Assembly: GCF_032444005.1 (NCBI RefSeq)
Contig: NC_091285.1
Location: 13,206,001 to 13,270,000, forward strand
Source of the DNA: Ranitomeya imitator
Taxonomy: Eukaryota
Direction: 5' to 3'
DNA: 64,000 nt
Every line of letters starts with the position of its first letter. The stretch's first letter is position 1. Shown piece by piece: positions 1 through 10,675 of the stretch. A program made the position numbers and the translations under genes. The notes beneath the pieces are model-generated. The model had not been told where the DNA came from, did no database searches, and worked only from the letters and a program-made list of their open reading frames with translations.

Positions 1-124
1 TGTAGTATATAGCAGGATATGGAGAAGTTACAGCAAAATATAGCGTTATACAGCAATATATGGGGGTACACAGTAGGATATAGGGGGCAAATAGCAATGT
101 ATGGGGGTATACAGAACTATGTGT

Positions 125-545
125 ATCTGTGATTTCTCTCGGTCTCCCGCCGCCATTGTTCTGAGCAGGAGGTCACCGGGGAGGACTCAGGGCTGTGATT
201 AGATGTAACGTCCTCGCGATAAAAGCGGGAAAATGACAGAAAAAAGTGCGGGAAATTCAAAATCCCCAACAGTTCTGTGCTCCGCCCACATGTGAGGAGA
301 AGCCGCGGCTCCTGCTGCTGGGGGAGGGGCTGGTGATCGCCCGGTGCCCGGATGGCTGCAGTCAGCTCTGCGGGAGCTGGAAACATCGGATACTAAAGGG
401 TTAACACCACGTGTCTGCGGGGAAGTGACCCAGTGGGCGGAGCCATAGCCCTACTGAGTGCTGATTGGCTGAGCGCTGAATATGAAATTCCCGCCCAACG
501 GCTGATAGTTTCTCCCGGTCTTTGTTCTCCTCAGTAACACGTGGT
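125..545 (+). other. 'Empty H4' element, copy 1: CpG-rich module homologous to H4 5' and 3' flanks joined together
   Basis: Left part matches 7660-7792, right part matches 8311-8565, junction at 281/282; GC boxes, CCAAT and E2F-like motifs. Confidence 0.82.
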
Positions 546-1819
546 GCAGAGCGTTATATGGAGGGAAGGAAATGATATATGACCGTATACAGCACTATAT
601 GGAGGGTGTATGGTACTATATGGGCATAGACCGCATCACAGGGAGAAATACAGCACGATATGCAGTGTATGAGGCATTATATCCTGGCACACAGCACTAT
701 ATGGGGTGTATAAGGTATTATATGGGGTGTGACACTATCTGGCGATATATAGCACCATAGATGAGGTATTCAGCACTATATGGCCATATATAGCACACTA
801 TTAATGCTGAGGGCGGACACAGCGCTATTTCCAGGGTATATAGGGATATTCTTCACTATATGTGGACACAGTCATAGAGAAGGGGGAATGGGAGAGAGTC
901 CGCTCACCCCAGTGGCAGCACGGAGAAGCCTGGAACCAGCAGAGGCAAAACAGAGGAACGAAAATCCAGCGAGGCCGGAGGTGTGTACGATAAAATCCAC
1001 ATGTATTATAGAAAGATGAATGAGAAGTGCGCGACAGATCCAGTGTGACCGAGTCCTGCGCCTTCCAGCTCTTCGGGGCCTCAGTCAGGTCACTTATCTT
1101 GGGTCTCAGTCACACTGGAACTGTCGGGCACTTTTAATACATTTTTCTAGAATAAATTTGGATGTTATCGTACATAGCTGCCGCCTCGATGGTTTTTTGT
1201 TCCTCTATATGTGGAAAAAACACTATTTTGATATACACATCAGTATATAGCACTATATGGAGGGTTTCAGCAGTATATGTATCTATACGGCACAATTTGG
1301 AGGGCATAAAACACTACACGGACGTATACAGAACTATATGTTGATATATAGCCCAATACTGACGTTCAGAGCACTATATGGAGATATGTGATAAAGACAA
1401 GGAGCCTCACCTTAAAAATGAGCAGTAGCTGCCCCGTCCTTTTACTGTAAACAATAGCTATAACTCTGTACGTAACCCATTTCTCATGTACAGCACCATG
1501 GAATTAATGGTGCTATATAAATAAATAATATAGGGGCAGAGGATTCATGTTACTGACAGGTGAGCATTTCCCTCACATCCTATGTCTAGATGTTGGGCGC
1601 TATGTGAGGATTGGGGGGATCTAGGGTGATGATGAGGGGGCTCCACTATACAGCTCAGTGTACGGGGATATGGAAGTACAGCGCCCTCAGAGGCCGCTGC
1701 TGCAGAAGCCTCGTGGAGACATGATGTGACCCTTCCTGCATTATCGCAGCACTTCATGCAGGGGGGACCAGCAATATTACTGGGAGTTGTGCTGAGCTTC
1801 CCCTGCATAATGATTGTAT

Positions 1820-2365
<546 letters not shown>

Positions 2366-2395
2366 ATCCGTCCCGGGCACCGAAGACAACACAAC

Positions 2396-2411
2396 GGCTC
2401 TTCTGAGAGCC
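2396..2411 (+). promoter_or_regulatory. Histone 3' stem-loop (H3)
   Basis: GGCTCT-TCTG-AGAGCC followed by a purine-rich AAGGAG downstream element. Confidence 0.95.
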
Positions 2412-2539
2412 ACTAAATCCTTCCAGTAAGGAGCCAATTACTAAACTTTCCAGATCCTGCACTCCATCCTTTAATAGGTTGAGATGGGTTAAGTGAGTGT
2501 CCCTTCTGGAAACAAATCACATTTTAATCAGTAAGTGGT

Positions 2540-2773
2540 AAGCAAATGTGCTTGGATAAGGCATCATCTGAGCATGATCATGTGCTAGCGGTGTCTTCAG
2601 CGTACTCGAAAAATATGTTGGAGTCTCCACGGCTGCATATCTCGCTCCTGTTAGACAGCCGCAACACGTATCCGCTAGGACTCAAACCTATTTTTTGAGT
2701 ATGCCGAAAACACAGCTAGCAAATGAGCATGCTCTCATAACTTCTTATTCGGGCACGTTCGCTCATCACTATG
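2540..2773. mobile_element. Degenerate hAT-type MITE (TAGTGATGAGC family)
   Basis: Right end CGCTCATCACTA and a palindromic interior; left end eroded. Confidence 0.55.
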
Positions 2774-2779
2774 TAACAT

Positions 2780-4620
2780 ATGCGCCTCCATCAGTCTCAA
2801 GAGCAAAAAGGGTAATGTAATATCAGTGCTTAAAAGTTCAATTCTTTTCGAAAGGGAGCCCCGATTCCTGACTCCATGCCATACATTTAAAACATTGATT
2901 CCCAAAACAGGTAAGGATAGACCGATTGCCCTTCTCAATTCAAATGTTAAAAACTTTTCAAACATTTTAGCAATGTGTGGTTACCTAGTATAATCCACAA
3001 AGACCAAGGGGAATACCACACCAGAAGGGCAGTCGATCTCCTAGAAATACTAAAAAAAAAATCTTGGGAATCTACTCTAAGTTTGGACGCTGAGAAGGCG
3101 TTTGATCTCCTTAGTTGACCCTTTATGCTTAAGGCCCTTGGGACATATGGCATAGAGGGCCCTTTTATAAAAGCTGTTGATGGATTATACTCTAGTCCCT
3201 CTTCTACGATACCTTCCTCATAGCTCCTCTAAACCAATTAAGATTAAAAATGGCACCAGACAGGGGTGCCCACTTTCCCCCTTACTTTTCATCCTTTGCA
3301 TTGAGCCTATGGCTGCTGCTATCAGAGCATGACCAAGTATTAGAGGTGTTCGGGTTAAAGATAAAAAATTCAAATGATAATTTTTGCAGACTATATCCTC
3401 CTAACACTCACAAAGCCTCACACATAGCTCCCCAACCAAGCAGTAATTTCAAATTTCATTATTGTGAGGCATCGCACCTCTGCACGATCCCATCCTGGTC
3501 TTCTAAACCTGCCTATATGAAATGGATGGAGACTGAAAAGTTATGGTTAGCCCCAGCTCACCCCAACGCCCTGATCTGGAATGGGGCTTACAATCCTCCT
3601 TTAATAGACCTTTTAGGTCCAATAATGCACACTAGAAATAAGGAGGATCTGGTATCACTGAACTCCGCTCTTCCTTCGTTTTCCAATCAAATTTCCCTGG
3701 AAGTCTAAGCCACTCAATGACAGGGGTATGGACTCAGTCTGGTTTAACTTTGGCAACAAAGTTCTCTTCTAATTCAAAGGTCTACAGAGTCAGACCTCAA
3801 TTTTTACCTCCTTCAAGAGACTATGGAAGAATACTTCAACAACAAAAGGTTTAATATCTAATATTTACAATATGTTACAGACTGCAGACAGAATCCATAA
3901 CTAGACACTCATATGCTCAAATGGGAGGAATTTCTGGGTAAAATAAAGTGGAGAAATGTTTGGACCAGAGCATCTAAGACTGCATCTTTTATTTCATACA
4001 AATAAAATCAGTACAAAATCCTTCGTCTCTGGTACCACACGCCTGAATTTTTACATATAATTGACCCATCTATTACTCCACTTTGCTGGCGGTGCCCCCT
4101 ACTTAAAGGTTCTATTTTTCGGATCAACCCTTTGATTAAACCATTTTGGATGAAAGTCCAACACCTCACTAAGCAAGTTTTTGGAGTAGATTGTCCCTCT
4201 AGATGTTTACATTTTTCCAAGTCCATATCTAACAGATCCATCAGATTGCTTTTACATATGCTGACGGCAGCACACCGATTGCTTACCACTGGAAGCAAAC
4301 CTCTCCACCATCCCAAGTAGATGTATATTCTCGCATCAAGAATACCAGGGAGCAACTAATGACAATACTGTAGATGTAACCTAATTTGGTCTCCTTGGGA
4401 CTTTTGGGCTATGTGAAATATGACTTCTATGAGATGAATACAACTAGGTCTCAACATTCTATATCATATCCCCTCCCCCATTTCCTTTTATCTGTGTGTG
4501 TTGGTTTGTGAGCTTTTACACTATATTTACAAGAAGATTTAACCGAAAGTCAATTTACAGAATAATATTGGTTAACCAGCTTAAAATTTAAGATTTCATT
4601 AAAAATTACAATTTTTGTTA
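2780..4620 (+). mobile_element. Degraded, 5'-truncated L1-type LINE (RT and C-terminal region)
   Basis: Broken frames encode [47 protein letters not shown] and a C-terminal LCWRC. Confidence 0.88.
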
Positions 4621-4671
4621 AAGTTCACACCAGAGATCAGTGGCGTCAGCTCTTGTGATGACTGTGTGGGT

Positions 4672-4687
4672 GGCTCTTAGAAGAGCC
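4672..4687 (-). promoter_or_regulatory. Histone 3' stem-loop (H2A)
   Basis: GGCTCT-TCTA-AGAGCC followed by ACAAGAGCTG (U7-pairing HDE-like). Confidence 0.95.
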
Positions 4688-4720
4688 TTTGGGTTGTGTA
4701 GATAGATGGGTCAGTGTCGC

Positions 4721-5837
<1,117 letters not shown>

Positions 5838-5868
5838 TCTGCTCCGTGCTCTGCACCCACAACCCAAA

Positions 5869-5884
5869 GGCTCTTCTAAGAGCC
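5869..5884 (+). promoter_or_regulatory. Histone 3' stem-loop (H2B)
   Basis: GGCTCT-TCTA-AGAGCC followed by TCAGAGCTG. Confidence 0.95.
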
Positions 5885-5968
5885 ACCCACCCTGTCTATA
5901 TCAGAGCTGTGTCCTGCTCCTCTCCCTGGGAAATATGTCTGCACTTACTGGTACCTCATGTGTTAACG

Positions 5969-7063
5969 TATGGTGCCCCAGGGTCCTGGTCATCACAGTG
6001 GTATTGCTTTCCTCATGGGGAGGGTGATGTTACGTTTGGAGGCAAGAAAGGATAACTGTCGCCAGGTACCACAAACATGCAACGCAGTCATACTCCAGGC
6101 CAGCAGGGGGAGCTTTTGATCATTCATATATATATCTATATCTAGTAGTCTGTAGGGAGAAAGTTAGACAGTATTCTGAGGGTAGAGGGTTGACGGAGCT
6201 GTGCGTGCTGTAATAAGAGCTGCAGCTCCCAGGAAAGAGAATTGGAAGCCGAATAGTACGTTGCAGTGAGCATGCAGGAAAGCAAAGCATGGGATAGAAG
6301 ACCAGAGGGGGACCAGCCCCGAGCAGGCTGCCTCCTTCTGAGGCGCAGATAACTAGGTAGTAAGGACCTCTAAGTCTTACTTCAGAGACCGGCATGACAG
6401 CTAATTGCATGTTACCTATCCGCACCTGCACCTGCACCTACACCCAGGAGACACGGTGACACCTACAGAGCCGGGTTATCTAAGAGACCCTATAAACAGG
6501 CTCAAGTCACTAGTCATGCAGGTTTTGTCCTATCCTATACGGGGGACAGAAAGAGAGAGACCACATCTGTGAGGACCTAACGAGAGGCTTAGCAGTAAGG
6601 GACTACACCACTACAGCGCAAGGGAAGGCTATTGATTTCCACCTGGACCAGGGGACTCTGGAATTGCCTCCAAACCGGCCGGACCCTACCTGCCCTGTGA
6701 TCTGGTTCCCTGGACTGTGGCTGCTGAAATCAACAGTAAGCAAGGTAGAGCCTGCAACCTCGTGTCCTCGTTCTTCTCTGCGCCTCTCATCATACTACCA
6801 TCTACACACCGGGAGCCCTAGGGACACACTTCACTTGTAGGAAGGTATACATCTAGCTGCCATAACATCACCCCAGAGGACCCCTTAAAGCAGCGTCGGT
6901 CACCCTGATCGAATACCACAGGTGGCGTCACGAGCATAAACTTTACCCCTTTAAAGACATTTCCCTTTTACATGGGCGCCATGGACCGGGTCTCCACCGT
7001 GACATCCCCCTGTGAACACCGGACTCGGTACCGAGTACCCCACGGCCCTGGCGGGGCGACTCA
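5969..7063 (+). mobile_element. Solo-LTR-like element (Gypsy type)
   Basis: Starts TATGGTGCCCCAGG, ends GGGCGACTCA; last ~200 bp homologous to the TSD-flanked solo LTR at 52784-53708; no matching TSD found. Confidence 0.62.
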
Positions 7064-7754
7064 CTAGTAAGAGGAAGAGATCAGATCAATGCATCTGGCA
7101 ATAGAGGGTGGGGATTAGAAGATAATGGTAAAATGGGGGGAGGATGCTGAGGGTCCTAGTGAGATGTAGAACGGAGGGGGAACTCCGGAATAGTCTGGCA
7201 GTGGAGCAGCATGAATGATCGGTTGCTCCTCACTTATTGAATCCTGTTCTCTCCCAGAGCGGTGGGTCCTACTGCCCGGTTTCCATTGTTCTGCTGACAA
7301 TAAGTGGAGATGGGGCAGCTAGTTCTGTGTTCAGCGACGTTTCCAGCAGTTTGTCGTCATTCTGATCAGAGCTCTCTGCACCTTGTCACTTATATTCCAC
7401 ACCCTTTGCTCTGCTGACTGTTGAAAGCACCTGGTCAATAAGATCCCAAAGAATGATCTATTTCTAGGTCAGAATCTCACATAGTCATTGAGAAGCTGAT
7501 TAATTGTTTATTGCAGCAGAACCTGTCACTGAGATAAATGAGCAGAGCACAATATTGGGGGTTTATAGCAGTATATGGAGGTTATACACTACTGTATGGA
7601 TGGAGAGAATACAGCACTATAATTGACAGATTGGTGTCTAGATCTGGTTCTCACATTGTAATCACTCGGAGCAGGAGGTCACTGGGGAGAGGAATCGGGT
7701 TTCTGACTATTTTTAGGGTCATCATGGTAGAAGCTGGAAAAAAAACAAAACAAA

Positions 7755-8268
<514 letters not shown>

Positions 8269-8296
8269 GGTCTCTGTTCTGCTAAAACAACACAAA

Positions 8297-8312
8297 GGCT
8301 CTTCTAAGAGCC
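8297..8312 (+). promoter_or_regulatory. Histone 3' stem-loop (H4)
   Basis: GGCTCT-TCTA-AGAGCC followed by GAGGAGAAGCT. Confidence 0.95.
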
Positions 8313-8568
8313 CCCCACATCTTCTGAGGAGAAGCTACAGCTGCCGGGGAGGAGGGGAAGGGGCTGCTGATAGCACTGTGCTGGGATGACTGCCGCTGGG
8401 AACATTGCAGGCTCTAATGGGTTAACACTGGATCTGGATAAATATTCTGGTGCTGCCTGTGGGCGGAGCCATAGCTCATCTTAGTGCTGATTGGCTGAGC
8501 GCTGAATGTGTAAATCCCGCACAATGGCTGGTAATCAATAGTTTCTTCTCTTTGTTCTCTGTGTAACA

Positions 8569-8935
8569 TTATTATTATTATTATTATTTATTATTATAGC
8601 GCCATTTATTCCATGGCGCTTTACATGTGAGGAGGGGTATACATAATAAAACAAGTACAATAATCTTGAAAAATACAAGTCACAACTGGTACAGGAGGAG
8701 AGAGGACCCTGCCCGCGAGGGCTCACAATCTACAAGGGATGGGTGAGGATACAGTAGGTGAGGGTAGAGCTGGCCGTGCAGCGGTTTGGTCAATCGGTGG
8801 TTACTGCAGGTTGTAGGCTTGTCGGAAGAGGTGGGTCTTCAGGTTCTTTTTGAAGGTTTCGATGGTAGGCGAGAGTCTGATATGTTGTGGTAGAGCATTC
8901 CAGAGTAGGGGGGATGCACGAGAGAAATCTTGTAA
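8569..8935 (-). mobile_element. L2 LINE 3' end with (TAA)n tail
   Basis: Minus strand ends CATGTAAAGCGCCATGGAATAAATGGCGCTATAATAA(TAA)n. Confidence 0.8.
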
Positions 8936-8988
8936 CATGTGTCAGGATGGTGGCCCAAAGTAGTTCTCAGGCTGGGAGCTGTGATGAA

Positions 8989-9345
8989 TGGGGTATTTCC
9001 ATCTCTAAGATCTTATCCCAATATGTACTAGGTATAATATTAGCAAATACTTCCAATTAGAAATGTAGCATAGTTCTTCTGATTTACTATGTCTCTTTGC
9101 TCATGTGCAGGGCATTATAGGACTTTCGGTATCCATGATTACAACCACTAGCAACTACCGTAGCTAACTCACTGACTATATCGGTGGATGTAACCATGGA
9201 TACCTAAGATCATGTAATGATTGCACATAGGGAAAGAGACATAGCAAATCAGAAGAACTATTCTACATTTCTAGTTGGAAGTATTTGATAATATTATTAT
9301 ACCTTCTACATATTGGGATAGAATCATGAAGATGGAAATACCCCT
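8989..9345. mobile_element. Palindromic MITE, T2/Kolobok-like (TTAA target)
   Basis: GGGGTATTTCCATCT...AGATGGAAATACCCCT-TTAA with long internal inverted arms. Confidence 0.7.
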
Positions 9346-9472
9346 TTAAATATCTGATAGTGCGGAATAAAGGAATAACCCATATATAGGTCATGATATA
9401 TTATACTTTTTGGGGCTATACAGCACTATATGGAGGGTAAACCACATCATGTGTTCGCAGGGGCGTAACTAC

Positions 9473-9777
9473 ATATGATGAGTGAATATAATCGTTACTC
9501 GAGATTTCTCGAGCATGCTCGGGGGTCCTCTGAGTATTTTTTAGTGCTCGGAGATTGTTTTTCTTGCCGCAGCTGAATGATTTACATCTGTTAGCCAGCA
9601 TAAGTACATGTGGGGATTGCCTGGCTGCTAGGGAATCCCCACATGTACTTATGCTGGCTAACAGATGTAAATCATTTAGCTGCGGCAAGAAAAACTAAAT
9701 CTCCGAGCACTAAATACTCAGAGGACCCCCGAGCATGCTGAGAAATCTCGAGTAACAAGTACATTCGCTCATCACTA
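9473..9777. mobile_element. hAT MITE (TAGTGATGAGC family) inserted in the host TIR
   Basis: Palindromic; TSD GTAACTAC at 9465-9472 and 9778-9785. Confidence 0.85.
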
Positions 9778-10140
9778 GTAACTACCAGTCACAGAGGTCG
9801 CCGCTGGCGAGGGGTTCGGCGACCAAGCCGCCCAGAATGGGGATGCCGCAGCGGCTCAGCAATGTGAAGGATCCGGAAATGAACAAGGTGTACGTGACAG
9901 GCGGCAGTGAGATGTGTCTGCTACCCGTGTGTCGCCATCCTGGGCCCCCAGCGTCCCTGGCTCCCTGTGACACCAGCCCCATTTCCTCCCTGCTCTCCCA
10001 TGCCCCATGTCCTCGTAGGTCCGCAGGTTCAGGACATTGTGCTCCTCTGGGCCCCCGTACACGCCTTGTCCCTAGTCCCCCAATGCTCCCCATCTCCCAT
10101 GCCCTGAGTTCTCCTGCACCCCCATTCATTCCCTGCCCCT

Positions 10141-10330
10141 TATAATAATAATAATTTTATTTATATAGCGCCAACATATTCCGCAGCGCTTTACAAATTA
10201 TAGAGGGGACTTGTACAGACAATAGACATTACAGCATAACAAAAATCACAGTTCAAAATAGATACCAATAGGAGTGAGGGCCCTGCTGCTCGCAAGCTTA
10301 CATACTAAGAGGAAAAAGGGAGACACGGGA
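10141..10330 (-). mobile_element. L2 3' end
   Basis: (TAA)n then TTTATTTATATAGCGCCAACATATTCCGCAGCGCTTTACA. Confidence 0.8.
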
Positions 10331-10519
10331 GGTGGAGAGCCCGTGTGACCCGTCTGCCCTGCTCTCAAGTCTCCCCATCTAGCCTGTCCTCGTAATGGCT
10401 GTGCCCCTTTCTTCCCTGCTCCCCTGTCTTCCCCTGTCCCCTTGCAGCCCCATCTCCCTGTGCGTCCCTATCTACTCTGCCCTCGTAGTCCCCTTGTATC
10501 CTCTTGTGCCTGTGGTTGT

Positions 10520-10675
10520 TAGGGAATCCCCACATCATGTTCTTATGCTGGCTAACAGATGTAAATCATTCAGCTGCGGCAAGAAAAACTAAATCTCTGA
10601 GCACTAAAAAATACTCAGAGGACTTCCGAGCGTGCTCGAGAAATCTTGAGTAACGAGTATATTCGCTCATCACTA
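10520..10675. mobile_element. Half copy of the TAGTGATGAGC MITE
   Basis: Near-identical to the right half of 9473-9777, ends TTCGCTCATCACTA. Confidence 0.75.

Noticed and set aside
125-545. Empty-H4 element as an H1 promoter, snRNA gene or 89-129 aa protein gene
   Set aside because: No H1 CDS or AAACACA box, no recognisable snRNA or tRNA body; ORF ends differ among copies and the sequence is explained by H4 flank homology
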